From an uncultured virus (IMG/VR IMGVR_UViG_3300036770_001202) (taxonomy: Duplodnaviria; Heunggongvirae; Uroviricota; Caudoviricetes): DNA of 64,000 nt. The position numbers were made by a program, and so were the translations under genes. Shown here piece after piece: positions 1-9,861 of the stretch. A model generated the notes under the pieces. That model was not told where the DNA came from. It was given only the letters and a program-made list of their open reading frames with translations, and did no database searches. The DNA is taken from the IMG/VR virus record IMGVR_UViG_3300036770_001202; one strand, given 5' to 3'. Each line of letters begins with the position of its first letter. The stretch's first letter is position 1.

Positions 1-28
1 ATCAAACGAATGTATTGATCGTAAAGTA

Positions 29-577
29 TCATTGATTTGCAAGTGGGTTATCTAAAGCCTTCTTAATCTTATCATCAAGTTCTCTACGCAGCGCACGAAT
101 CTCCGCTGCGTTTTCTTTTTGTAGTTTTGTTAATTCTGCATTTACTTCTTTAATCGTTGTATCAGAATATCTACGAACTTCTTTCATTGCAGAATCAGTC
201 AATCTTTGATCTGTTTTAGTAGAACGTTCTACACTTTCAACCACACTCTCAAGTCTGCGAATATCACCCTTTAAATCATTTTTGATTTCGTTGGTGTATT
301 CCATAGTCTTGTCTGTGTTTACTTGTAACAATTCAATCTTTTTATAAATCTCTGCTAAGTCTGGTGCAACATACTGCTGAATTTTTTCTTTCATATCCAT
401 ATAATCTTTATATACCTCAAACGCACCATATAGACCACCTAAGACTGAGGTAACAATTGTACCTGCAATCATAAGTTTTGCTGGAGTAAAATTATATCCT
501 CCAATACTAATAACAGTATTGGGATCAACCGCAGACTCCAACTTGTCTACTGCATCGTCTAAGTTTTTTTCTGACAT
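29..577 (-). CDS. Membrane-anchored coiled-coil hypothetical protein
   Basis: 182-aa ORF with one hydrophobic segment followed by a heptad-rich region. Confidence 0.75.
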   Translation of the reverse strand: MSEKNLDDAVDKLESAVDPNTVISIGGYNFTPAKLMIAGTIVTSVLGGLYGAFEVYKDYMDMKEKIQQYVAPDLAEIYKKIELLQVNTDKTMEYTNEIKNDLKGDIRRLESVVESVERSTKTDQRLTDSAMKEVRRYSDTTIKEVNAELTKLQKENAAEIRALRRELDDKIKKALDNPLANQ

Positions 578-966
578 TATAGTTCCTCTTGTTCTTGTTT
601 TGGTAATGGTGTTCCTCTATATGATCTAGGTGAATATCTAACTGGTTCATCATTCTCTTCATAGTATCTTCTTCTTGGCTTGGGTGGATCATTTCTAGAA
701 ACAAATGCTTCTTTACCATAAAATGCCGCAACAATTGCTGCAACAGAAACGAAATACGTTGCTGCCATATCGCCTAAGATAGTTGCTGCTTTATCAAGTC
801 CTAACCAAATTGCTATGACTACTGCAAAAGGATATAGTAGCATACCTGCAAGCGCAAACCATGCCATGTTCCTTTGTGCATCTTGTTTTTTGTCTTCATT
901 CTCTAACATTATTTGACGTTCGTTCATTTCAAATTCCTCATCGGTATATCTCTTTCTTCTTTTCAT
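577..966 (-). CDS. Two-TM membrane protein (holin-like, unproven)
   Basis: 129 aa, two hydrophobic helices, charged termini; abuts both neighbours. Confidence 0.7.
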   Translation of the reverse strand: MKRRKRYTDEEFEMNERQIMLENEDKKQDAQRNMAWFALAGMLLYPFAVVIAIWLGLDKAATILGDMAATYFVSVAAIVAAFYGKEAFVSRNDPPKPRRRYYEENDEPVRYSPRSYRGTPLPKQEQEEL

Positions 967-967
967 T

Positions 968-2899
968 TTAGTTACCTAAATTATACTGTGAGTCGATCAT
1001 CTGCTGATGTAATCTATCACTTCCCCCTGTTAATCCTCTCAACAATCTAGCATTATCAACATTCTTTTGTCCTTTATATATTTCCTTTGGTGCGTAGAAT
1101 TGACCATCAGGCAATGCACTCATATACAATTCAAATCCTACGGGTTGAGTTGTCATTGATGCTAGATTAACTCCAGCAGCAAGTTCATTATCTTTTGCTT
1201 TTTGATTGACGGAAGATTTTTGTGTTGTTGTTTTAGTTTCTGTTTGTATAGTTGTTGGCTTTTGTATATCATCAAGCAATTGTCTATCGAGTGTTGATAC
1301 GGTTGCAATTTGAGTTTCTTGTGTTATATTTGTTTCTGTATTTTTTTGATCAATTGAAAAACTTCTTATGGATAATTGTGGTGCTACTGAAAACGTCATT
1401 GTTCCGCTTTCTTGTGTAGATGTTATCGACTGCTGATATTGAATTGATTGTTGTGGCACAATAGATATTACCTGTGGCAAAATTTGTTGAGGTTGAACAG
1501 ATTGTCTATAAGTGCTAGTGTTCGATGCGGTATTAAAATTATTATCTGTGATTATATTGACTGATGCAGATTCGGGCAATCTAATTCCTGTTCCCAAATT
1601 TGTTTGTGAATTCATTAAAACAGAATTCTGAACTACAGAAGGCGCATTTATTGCAATCGACATTTCTGCCGATCTAGATGACGCCTGCGCGGTTGCTTGT
1701 GCATCTTTTGCTGCTTGAACACTTGCCGCAATACTTTGTGACTGTGCTTGTGCTGCTACTGCTTCCGCTTGTTGAGTTGCGCTTGTCGCCGCTTGATTCG
1801 CCTGCTGTGTAGTTTGTTCTACTACACTTCTTTCTACGCTACCAAGTCTGTCTTGTTCTTTAGAAATAATGCTTAGAATCTGAGAAGTTGATACTGTAGA
1901 TTTTGGTGCAGTTGATGCATTAACTTCACCAACTTTAGGTTGTGGATTATTTACAGTAGGACTTGCAGTTGTTGCTGGCGCAGCAGATGAAGACGTTGTG
2001 GTTGCGACAACAGTTGTTGTTGGTGAAACAACAGTTGCGGGTGAAGAAGTCTCTGTGATAGTTGTGGTTGAAGTAGTTGGTGAACTCAAAACAGTTTGTG
2101 TTACAGGTTCTACAATTTGAGTTCCTGTACCAGTTGTGTTTGTTGTTATTTCAGCGATAGTAGGTGTAGTATTGAGTTTAGCCAATTCTTCTAAGTAACC
2201 AGGACATGAAGGAGAACTTAATACATTCACGAAGCATGGATCAACAGAAAACTTCAGACTGAAATTAACATTGTAGATTTCGGGTCCATATGGACCTGCC
2301 CAAAAGTTTGAGTCGCCGCCGATAAAGCCATAACGAACATCACCTAAATCTTTTGTTGCATATGGTGTGTTGAAAGTCTGACTGAAATTGAAGTTTGTCC
2401 AATCAAACTTATAATTCAAATTGTAGTTGTCGCCGCGAAGTAAACTACCTGATGGGTCATAGAAATTAACGTATGCACTCAGATAGTCTACTTGTCCATT
2501 GTCCCATCCGTTACCATTCTTTGCAGTAAACCCAAAGTTATATCCATTCACTCGAAGCCCTGTTCCTGAATTAGGAAGAACACTCGCAACCGCTTGTGCT
2601 TGATACAAGTCTGTTAGTCCAAAAGAAAAGTTTATGTTGCCACCAGGACGCACAATTGGATTTGGACCGCAATAGCCAGGATCACCCCATGCCCAACATG
2701 TTAGGTTATCTTGATAGACACCGTTCTGCCATGGTGTCTGATTAGTTCCAGACACCGTAGGCTGAACAAGGTTTGGCGTTGTATAAACTTGCGTAGGGTC
2801 TAATTGACCCGTTGCTAAGTCTTGCGCCTTACTTAACGAGACCGAAAAGCAGAGCGCCAAGCAAAGCGCCGAAGCCAGTCTTCTTATAGAAATCATCAC
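968..2899 (-). CDS. Secreted Thr/Ser/Gln-rich hypothetical protein
   Basis: Start moved to GTG/ATG at about 2899/2896, just before a signal peptide (ISIRRLASALCLALCFSVSLSKA); globular N-domain, low-complexity linker. Confidence 0.75.
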   Translation of the reverse strand: MMISIRRLASALCLALCFSVSLSKAQDLATGQLDPTQVYTTPNLVQPTVSGTNQTPWQNGVYQDNLTCWAWGDPGYCGPNPIVRPGGNINFSFGLTDLYQAQAVASVLPNSGTGLRVNGYNFGFTAKNGNGWDNGQVDYLSAYVNFYDPSGSLLRGDNYNLNYKFDWTNFNFSQTFNTPYATKDLGDVRYGFIGGDSNFWAGPYGPEIYNVNFSLKFSVDPCFVNVLSSPSCPGYLEELAKLNTTPTIAEITTNTTGTGTQIVEPVTQTVLSSPTTSTTTITETSSPATVVSPTTTVVATTTSSSAAPATTASPTVNNPQPKVGEVNASTAPKSTVSTSQILSIISKEQDRLGSVERSVVEQTTQQANQAATSATQQAEAVAAQAQSQSIAASVQAAKDAQATAQASSRSAEMSIAINAPSVVQNSVLMNSQTNLGTGIRLPESASVNIITDNNFNTASNTSTYRQSVQPQQILPQVISIVPQQSIQYQQSITSTQESGTMTFSVAPQLSIRSFSIDQKNTETNITQETQIATVSTLDRQLLDDIQKPTTIQTETKTTTQKSSVNQKAKDNELAAGVNLASMTTQPVGFELYMSALPDGQFYAPKEIYKGQKNVDNARLLRGLTGGSDRLHQQMIDSQYNLGN

Positions 2900-4106
2900 T
2901 CTTTGGTTCCTCTGATTTTGGAATTTTATCTGGATTTTGTTCCCATGCCATTCTCGCAGCAACACCAATTGTTCCCTCATATGGGCATGGTGTTCCGGCG
3001 TGCCACATTGCATCAAACACTCTTCTATCTTGACATAGCGTTGCAACGGCTGCAACTTTCATACCCATGTCATAAAGTGTCTTAGCATTCTTCAGTCTTT
3101 CGCAATTCAAATCTCTAACTGTTCCGCCTGAAGAAACACCAAGAATCTGTGTCTGAACTGAGCCAGATGTTCCTGTGGTACACAAATCATTATTACCTCC
3201 ACTCATCATTGCTGGTGCAATCGCAGTTGGTGGTGGCATAATCTGTCTAATAGTAGTGTCGTTAATATTTCGGTTTGTCATTTCTCCCTGCTGAATATTA
3301 ACGTTTCTATTGTCAGACGTATTAGTGTTTACATTGTTATTGTTATTTGTATTATTGCTTGTCGAAGTTGAAGTATTAATGTTTCGATTTGTCATGTCAC
3401 CAGTATTAATATTACGATTTGTATTATCGTTGGTGCTTGTAGACGTATTAATGTTTCGATTTGTCATGTCACCAGTATTGATATTACGATTAGTATTATC
3501 GCTGGTAGATGTTGACGTATTGATGTTTGTGTTTGTATTTACGTTTGTATTATTAGTGCCACCACTCATAACATTTCTAATTGTTTGGTCGCCGCTATTA
3601 ATATTATTATTTGTATTCACGTTTGTGGAAGTTGAAGTGCTGCTGCTGACATTATTATTATTAAATGTCTGAGTTCCACTATTAATGTTCTGATTAATAT
3701 TATTGTTTGTGTTTGTATTTGTTGATGTGGTGTTATTATTGTTATTGTATGTCATTGTTCCGGAATTGACATTATTGTTATTGTATGTCATTGTTCCGGA
3801 GTTGACGTTATTTACTGTTGTCTCTCCACTTACCGTTGTTTGATTTATATTGGTATTTGTGTTTGTTGAAGTAGACGTTGAAGTATTTACGTTTGTGTTT
3901 GTATTATTACTTGTGCTATCTACAGTCGAATTTGAGGTCGAAGTAGACGTATTGGTATTCGTATTATTTGACGTTACCGTTGAGTTACTTGTTGAAGTAT
4001 TGTTTGTATCAACCAATGTTTTAGAATCATATGTAGTTTGGGCGTTCGCGCCTCCAGTCATCATAACAAAAAGTGCCGCCAATGCGACCTTTCTGCATGT
4101 TGTCAT
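2829..4106 (-). CDS. Secreted Asn/Thr-repeat protein with Cys-containing C-terminal domain
   Basis: Signal peptide, about 260 aa of N/T/S repeats, C-terminal CERLK...LCQD...GTPCP; RBS GAGGA upstream. Confidence 0.85.
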   Translation of the reverse strand: MTTCRKVALAALFVMMTGGANAQTTYDSKTLVDTNNTSTSNSTVTSNNTNTNTSTSTSNSTVDSTSNNTNTNVNTSTSTSTNTNTNINQTTVSGETTVNNVNSGTMTYNNNNVNSGTMTYNNNNNTTSTNTNTNNNINQNINSGTQTFNNNNVSSSTSTSTNVNTNNNINSGDQTIRNVMSGGTNNTNVNTNTNINTSTSTSDNTNRNINTGDMTNRNINTSTSTNDNTNRNINTGDMTNRNINTSTSTSNNTNNNNNVNTNTSDNRNVNIQQGEMTNRNINDTTIRQIMPPPTAIAPAMMSGGNNDLCTTGTSGSVQTQILGVSSGGTVRDLNCERLKNAKTLYDMGMKVAAVATLCQDRRVFDAMWHAGTPCPYEGTIGVAARMAWEQNPDKIPKSEEPKSDDFYKKTGFGALLGALLFGLVK

Positions 4107-4233
4107 TTATTTCCTCTCTTTTGTTTATTTGTTTTTCTGCCGTAATCATCATTATCAATCAGTAATTAAATAGTTTCATTTTTACTCCAATGGGGTTAGG
4201 TTCTACTTATTTAGGGAAAATCGGCAATCTAAA

Positions 4234-4337
4234 AAGTAAGTAAGTGCTAACTTATTGAAAAATCAAGGGTTTACGGCGTTGTTTTTGTGCAACAAGCCGA
4301 AAAAAACCCTTGACAAAGCCTACAGTTGTGGTATACT
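4234..4337 (+). promoter_or_regulatory. Early promoter cassette (palindromic boxes + sigma70 promoter)
   Basis: GTTGT-N6-GCAAC 4278-4293, TTGACA 4310-4315, TG-n-TATACT 4332-4337. Confidence 0.75.
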
Positions 4338-4345
4338 ATGCATAT

Positions 4346-4657
4346 ATGAGAAAGAAACGTTCTGACAGAAACCATGTGATCTACCAAGTGACTTGCGTAG
4401 ACACAGGCGATACTTACATCGGACTGACTGTTGCACTCGGTCAAGCGTATCTCAAATCCGTTAAGATTCGCTGGCAAAAGCATGTAAGCCGTGCAATGCG
4501 CGAAACTAAAGATTGGTCATTTTGCCAAGCAATTCGTGACTTAGCCGATTGTGAATGGCAGTATGAAGTTGTTGAAGTTGTTCGCGGCAGAAAACCTGCA
4601 CACCAACGTGAGCGTGAATTGATCGCGGCATGGGAACCTTCCTTGAATACTTTTTGA
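4346..4657 (+). CDS. Small GIY-YIG family nuclease
   Basis: VIYQV...YIG motif, RW..H, ERELI, LN; ATG lies at the predicted TSS (leaderless). Confidence 0.7.
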   Translation: MRKKRSDRNHVIYQVTCVDTGDTYIGLTVALGQAYLKSVKIRWQKHVSRAMRETKDWSFCQAIRDLADCEWQYEVVEVVRGRKPAHQRERELIAAWEPSLNTF

Positions 4658-4699
4658 CTTGACACGGCTCTCTAAATATGTTACTATAGTAACGTATGA

Positions 4700-4972
4700 A
4701 TGGAGAATGTTATGGATACTGACGCAAAGAAAATTTTGAAAGATGCCGTTAAAGGCATGAACCCGCAGGATGCACAAGCGGCTGCAATATGGTTTCTTGG
4801 GCTGATTACTGTATTCATGATTGCATGGTATTTGATTGCATCATGGATTACATTGACTGCGGTAACGGTGCTGTTCGGACCAGTAGTTGAGATTGGATTT
4901 ACTCAAATTCTTTCTGTTGCTTGGTTCATTTATTTGATTCGTTCCTTTATGAGTAAAGCGAAAGAGGCATGA
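4700..4972 (+). CDS. Small membrane protein
   Basis: Two hydrophobic segments; upstream TTGACA..TACTAT promoter. Confidence 0.7.
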   Translation: MENVMDTDAKKILKDAVKGMNPQDAQAAAIWFLGLITVFMIAWYLIASWITLTAVTVLFGPVVEIGFTQILSVAWFIYLIRSFMSKAKEA

Positions 4973-5433
4973 AAATGAAAATGCTAATTGGTGCAGTTGT
5001 TGCAAGTTTTGCAATGAGTGCATCGGCACAAGAAATTGTTACGCATGGCTATGCTAGGGTTCTAAGTGTTGAACCTATTACAAATTCAGCATATCGAACG
5101 GTTCCTCGAACCACATGCACTACGATAGAGAGACAAAGTAACAGCGGTCCTGTAGTCGGCGCAATTGTCGGCGGTGCAGTTGGTCGCGGTATGGCAAAAG
5201 ACAAGGACGCCGGAACTGTTGTAGGTGCAATTGCTGGCGCTGTGATTGGTGACCATGTGACTGAACCTAGAGAACAATGCACTACATATCACGATAGAGA
5301 ATATTACAATCGAATTACTGGTTATAATGTAACGATTGAATATGACGGTGAGTTGCGTACCGTTCGCCTTGCGCGTGATCCTGGAACTAGAGTATCCGTT
5401 AAAGTTGTTAAGCGAGTATATGTCCTAGAATGA
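4969..5433 (+). CDS. Secreted glycine-zipper 2TM protein (YcfJ-like)
   Basis: Signal peptide, GAIVGGAVG/GAIAGAVIG, C-terminal GY.V..EYDG...DPG. Confidence 0.8.
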   Translation: MKMKMLIGAVVASFAMSASAQEIVTHGYARVLSVEPITNSAYRTVPRTTCTTIERQSNSGPVVGAIVGGAVGRGMAKDKDAGTVVGAIAGAVIGDHVTEPREQCTTYHDREYYNRITGYNVTIEYDGELRTVRLARDPGTRVSVKVVKRVYVLE

Positions 5434-5807
5434 AAACCACAATTTGTTATGCGCTACTTTTTGTAGCGACTTCCGCATGTGCTGAAGTTACTTTGGTCAA
5501 GGATGGATCGTCAAATGATTCCGAAGAGTATATGGCAAAGGTCTTGTCGAAGACAATGATCATTGACCATATGCCTAGACTTACAACAAGGCGAGTGTGT
5601 GAAAAAGTAACTGAGCGAATACATATAGATAGGCACGAAAATATTATTAAGGTTATTCCTAATAATATGGTACAATGCAGGTTCATTCATGAAGAACAAA
5701 TTATGAATGTTGTAACCGGCTACCAAGTGACTTACGAATATAAGGGCAAGATTTTCTCTGAAAATCTGAATTATGATCCTGGAGATTTTATAAAGGTGAA
5801 AAATTAA
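5430..5807 (+). CDS. Secreted YcfJ-like paralog lacking the glycine zipper
   Basis: Signal peptide, two Cys, same TGY.VTYEY.G...DPG C-terminus as the upstream gene. Confidence 0.7.
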   Translation: MKTTICYALLFVATSACAEVTLVKDGSSNDSEEYMAKVLSKTMIIDHMPRLTTRRVCEKVTERIHIDRHENIIKVIPNNMVQCRFIHEEQIMNVVTGYQVTYEYKGKIFSENLNYDPGDFIKVKN

Positions 5808-5808
5808 C

Positions 5809-6144
5809 ATGAACCAAGAGGATAAAGATATGATCAATACAATGATTTCTAAAGACGATTGTTATTATGCAAAGGCTAGCGCCAAAGAGCAAAAGCAATT
5901 CCGAGAATTTCTGAGGGGTGTTCTAAAGAACGAAACCGCGACATTGACTTTCCAAAAGAAAGATGGTACAATGCGTGTTATGAAATGTTCATTGCGTGAA
6001 GAACACATGCCTTCTTATGAAAAGAAAACTGAACGTGTTCGTGCATCTAATGACGATACACTTTCTGTAGTTGACTTGGAAAAGAATGAATGGCGTTCCT
6101 TTCGCTATGACTCTATTCGGAAGATCGAATTTACTATAGGATAA
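5809..6144 (+). CDS. SH3-like beta-barrel (WYL_2-type) protein
   Basis: F.KKDGT.R.M.C...DLEKNEWRSFR motif. Confidence 0.75.
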   Translation: MNQEDKDMINTMISKDDCYYAKASAKEQKQFREFLRGVLKNETATLTFQKKDGTMRVMKCSLREEHMPSYEKKTERVRASNDDTLSVVDLEKNEWRSFRYDSIRKIEFTIG

Positions 6145-6147
6145 AAA

Positions 6148-7281
6148 ATGAAACTGTCGAAAATTTCGACCGGTGGTGAAGAGAAGTGGTTGGGTCAAGA
6201 GCCTTCTTGGTCCAGCCAAGATTCTATGTCGGAAGAACAAAAGCGTAGTGCGCTATCCGCAGCATTAAACTGGTACAGTTATTTCACCGACACTAAACAA
6301 GCAAAACAATTTCTTTTAGAATACATGCAAAGCGTTGGTCGAAGCAAAGATGAAATTGCTTTGATTCGCTCCCTGACTGATTCTGAAATGAATGCAACCA
6401 CAGGCAAACTAGCACGAATGATGTGCCTAGGATATACGCCTGATGAAAATGTTCGCAATCGATTCGTAGAACAATTCAAAGCATTGCTATCTAAAGCAAA
6501 GCAAAATTACACCGAGAAAAAAGAAAAAGAAAATGCGGCAACACCTACGGTTGTTGTTTCTATTCAAGATCGAATTCGCGAAAAGGCGAGTGAAGAGATT
6601 GCTGAACTTGAAGGTATGGTCGATGACTTTGTGACGAATAAGTGTAAGACAAATATTGACATGGAGAACTATCTAAAGTCTCGCAGTATGTCTTCCGTTG
6701 TCGCAAAGAAAGTGTGTGATTACTACGTTAGTGTGTCTGAAGAAATTCGCGATGCAATCGCTGGCGCTGACGAACAGTTGGTCGAAGGGTATTCGAATTT
6801 CACAAAACCTGAACTTAAGAGATTCAAGGATTTCTTGGATTCAATCGTTCTTGGTGCAAACAAACTGAGTGTAGAAAACAAGCCTATTCGTAAGAAGCGC
6901 AAGGTTAAAGAAAAGCCTGCAAGTGTGCTTGTATCAAAAGTAAAATACATGAAAGAGTTTGCCGAACTTGGCATTGTAAGTACCAATCCAGAAAAGATGA
7001 TTGGTGCGCTACAAGTCTGGACATTCAATACAAAGACTCGCACATTGTCCGTTTACAATGCGAACAATGCAAAGGGTCTGACTGTTAAAGGCACTACACT
7101 ACAAAACTTTGAAGAAGCCACTTCAATCAGTAAGCGACTACGCAAACCAGAAGTGACTATTAAGAATGTTTTGAGTGGTGGTAAAGTTGTTCTGCGTAAG
7201 TTGATGACAGAGTTGACTACGAAAGAATCTGCCGCCACCGGTCGATTGAATGAAGATACCGTTATTGTAAGGGTCTTGTGA
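6148..7281 (+). CDS. Conserved T4-like hypothetical protein
   Basis: 377-aa ORF; ALNWY and VKGTTL...LRKP motifs recalled from T4-like phages. Confidence 0.8.
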   Translation: MKLSKISTGGEEKWLGQEPSWSSQDSMSEEQKRSALSAALNWYSYFTDTKQAKQFLLEYMQSVGRSKDEIALIRSLTDSEMNATTGKLARMMCLGYTPDENVRNRFVEQFKALLSKAKQNYTEKKEKENAATPTVVVSIQDRIREKASEEIAELEGMVDDFVTNKCKTNIDMENYLKSRSMSSVVAKKVCDYYVSVSEEIRDAIAGADEQLVEGYSNFTKPELKRFKDFLDSIVLGANKLSVENKPIRKKRKVKEKPASVLVSKVKYMKEFAELGIVSTNPEKMIGALQVWTFNTKTRTLSVYNANNAKGLTVKGTTLQNFEEATSISKRLRKPEVTIKNVLSGGKVVLRKLMTELTTKESAATGRLNEDTVIVRVL

Positions 7282-7661
7282 TGGGCACCAATTATTATGT
7301 TGCGAAGAATCTGTGTGAATGTTGCAATCGCTATGATGAAGAATATCATATCGGAAAATCGTCATACGGTTGGGCATTCTCATTTCAAGGCTATCGTGAA
7401 GAGCGATTGGTGTCTTGGCGTGCATGGAAAGAATTTCTCAAAAACCAAATCATCATGGATGAGTATGGCGAACGAATAGACTATGATTGGTTTGTCAATT
7501 TTATTGAAACACACAAAGCGCCTGGTTATGTGCGTGAAGATGGGCGCAAGAATCTTCAACACAACGAACAAGGAAAAATTGATAAGCGACCATGGTTCAA
7601 TCCCGAATACGATTGGGATGATGAAGATGGTTATGCTTTTTGTTCTAGGTGGTTTTCGTGA
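7278..7661 (+). CDS. Hypothetical protein
   Basis: MGTNYY...HIGKSSYGW.F...DEYG phage family motif. Confidence 0.75.
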   Translation: MMGTNYYVAKNLCECCNRYDEEYHIGKSSYGWAFSFQGYREERLVSWRAWKEFLKNQIIMDEYGERIDYDWFVNFIETHKAPGYVREDGRKNLQHNEQGKIDKRPWFNPEYDWDDEDGYAFCSRWFS

Positions 7662-7873
7662 AGTATTGGACTATTGTTTTTCCTGGTGAGTTTGATCAAC
7701 ATGTGCAAGAAACATGGTCTGAAGATCAAATCATCAAATCATATTACACCTACTGGTTCACAAAAATGATTGAAGCAGGAAAAGGTGATATTGCAACACG
7801 CGAACGATGCATCGAAGATTGGTGCGTTGTTCATTGGGCATGTGAAACTGATCAATTAGGAAATAAACTATGA
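7658..7873 (+). CDS. Hypothetical protein
   Basis: GTGA overlap; CIEDWCVVHWA motif. Confidence 0.7.
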   Translation: MKYWTIVFPGEFDQHVQETWSEDQIIKSYYTYWFTKMIEAGKGDIATRERCIEDWCVVHWACETDQLGNKL

Positions 7874-8454
7874 CTACCCTTGCTAGAGATAATTTCTCTG
7901 AACTTGAAATTGCAAGCATCATTTCCGTAAAGGAAAAGATTTATAGTGACTTTGGTGGACTGCTAGGTATGATGCCGCGCAATCTACAGAATCTTATTCT
8001 TACTGCTGGAACTATTACTGGTGGATGCGTTTCATCTATTTTTCATTCTAAGCAACCTAACGATTGGGATGTGTATCTTGAGAATGAAGAAGCAATTAAA
8101 GAGTTTGATGTAATGATTAAGAGTGACGGTCCTGTTAGACGGGTGATTGCTGATGCTAATCCTAACTACCGTGAATTCGAAACAACTGGTGGTAAAGTGA
8201 TTACTGAAAATGCTGTTACTTTTGAGAATGGTATTCAAGTGATTACTAGGGCTACTGCTGAAGTCGCAAGAACTCATTTTGACTTCATTCATTGTATGCC
8301 TTACTACAAGTTGAGTGAAAGGAAATTCTATATTTCACGCAAACAATTCGAATCTATTCGCGAAAAGAAAATTGTTATGAATCCTAACTATAGAGGTGAT
8401 GTTAAATTTGCCAGAGTTGAGAAGTATAAAGAAAGAGGATGGGTTGCGCCATGA
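7870..8454 (+). CDS. Nucleotidyltransferase-like protein
   Basis: ITGG...DWDVY and FDF.HC motifs, C-terminal R..KY..RGW. Confidence 0.6.
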   Translation: MTTLARDNFSELEIASIISVKEKIYSDFGGLLGMMPRNLQNLILTAGTITGGCVSSIFHSKQPNDWDVYLENEEAIKEFDVMIKSDGPVRRVIADANPNYREFETTGGKVITENAVTFENGIQVITRATAEVARTHFDFIHCMPYYKLSERKFYISRKQFESIREKKIVMNPNYRGDVKFARVEKYKERGWVAP

Positions 8455-8807
8455 GTGAAGTTGCTTATCGTGAAAAATATTGGTGGGAACATTATCCGCT
8501 ACACAAACTTTGGTGTAATGATGCATGTCCATTAGTTCCTAGATTTGAATATCGCAGGGGTGATGAATACAATGCAAACGCTTGGTCATTACATTGGTTG
8601 TTTCTTCATGTATGGACAATGGAACATTTTTCATTTGGTTTAGATGCAGGAATCAGTTTTGATGGAATCTATGTTGGTGCAGTTTTACCTTGGTTTCGCA
8701 TTACATTTGGAATTCGTCACGCACACTCACAATTAGGATGGAAAATTTCTAGACTGCTGCGCCGCAAGCCAGCACTAAAGAATGAAAAAGGAGAATACAA
8801 TGAATAA
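8451..8807 (+). CDS. Hypothetical protein
   Basis: ATGA overlap, Trp-rich. Confidence 0.65.
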   Translation: MSEVAYREKYWWEHYPLHKLWCNDACPLVPRFEYRRGDEYNANAWSLHWLFLHVWTMEHFSFGLDAGISFDGIYVGAVLPWFRITFGIRHAHSQLGWKISRLLRRKPALKNEKGEYNE

Positions 8808-9270
8808 CTATGAACGTCACGCTAAAGAAGAATTTCGTGCAGCCGGTTGGACTGACGAAAATGGAAACTTCAATGATGAAATGCAAGAAATGATTTGTGA
8901 TCATGTATTGAAGTTGCTTGAAGTGTTTGATGGAGAAGGACACTCTGGCTCTAGTGCGCCCTATGCAATTAATCTTTTTAAGAAACTTGCTTCTTTCGAA
9001 CCTATCGTGCCATTGACTGGCGAAGATTGGGAATGGGTCAATGTTGCAGAACAGAATGGCGGACCGCTTTGGCAGAACAAGCGATGTGGTCATGTGTTCA
9101 AAGATAACGAAGGTGCATATGATATCAATGGTATTGTTTTTTATGACTGGTATGTAGATGAAAACGGGGATAAACACAAGTCGTATTTTACCGGAAGAGA
9201 AAGTAGAGTGTCAGTAACTTTTCCATACACACCTACCACCGAATATCGAGAGTATGTTGACAACGATTAA
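8800..9270 (+). CDS. Hypothetical protein
   Basis: RBS AAGGAG; GHSGSSA...PLTGEDWEW...QNKRC motif. Confidence 0.8.
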   Translation: MNNYERHAKEEFRAAGWTDENGNFNDEMQEMICDHVLKLLEVFDGEGHSGSSAPYAINLFKKLASFEPIVPLTGEDWEWVNVAEQNGGPLWQNKRCGHVFKDNEGAYDINGIVFYDWYVDENGDKHKSYFTGRESRVSVTFPYTPTTEYREYVDND

Positions 9271-9312
9271 TTTTGTTGATATAATTACTCTATAGATTAA
9301 CTAAGGATTGGT

Positions 9313-9861
9313 ATGAACGAAGAACTTGACGCTAAACTGGTAGCCAATTATCCAGAACTTTACCGCGATAGGCATGGCAACATGAAAGAAACTCTTATGT
9401 GTTGGGGTTTCTCTTGTGGCGATGGTTGGTATCAACTTATTGACGCTCTATCGTGGATGCTGTCTGCTGAACATAGACGCGCCAAAGATCGTCTAGAATA
9501 TTATCGCAACAATTTTGGTAAAGAACTTTGGAAAGGCAAGTTTGTAACCCAAGAGGATATTGACAAGGCGCAGAAAGAACTTGATGAAAATCCTTGTCCG
9601 GTGGCTGTGCAAGTGAAAGAAAAGTTTGGTGGACTTCGATTCTACGTTGACAGGGCAACCGAAAGACAGTATAATTATATTAGTTTTGCAGAAGCATTGA
9701 GCCATAGAACGTGCGAAGAATGCGGCGCGCCTGGTATGACTTATACCATGGGTTGGCATCAAACTCTTTGCGAGAAACATGCTGATGAACGATATGGCGA
9801 AGAAGCAGCACACTATCGAAACAAAACTGCCGAATGGGCGGATGAGGAAGAAAAAACATGA
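9313..9861 (+). CDS. Hypothetical protein
   Basis: CGDGW...QVKEKFGGLRFY...TCEECG phage family motif. Confidence 0.8.
   Translation: MNEELDAKLVANYPELYRDRHGNMKETLMCWGFSCGDGWYQLIDALSWMLSAEHRRAKDRLEYYRNNFGKELWKGKFVTQEDIDKAQKELDENPCPVAVQVKEKFGGLRFYVDRATERQYNYISFAEALSHRTCEECGAPGMTYTMGWHQTLCEKHADERYGEEAAHYRNKTAEWADEEEKT

Noticed and set aside
3310..4173. Hydrophobic plus-strand ORFs 3310-3672 and 3850-4173
   Set aside because: Antisense shadows of the Asn/Thr repeat gene
4346..4657. Intron-encoded homing endonuclease
   Set aside because: No interrupted host gene or group I intron core around it; it is a single small domain with its own promoter
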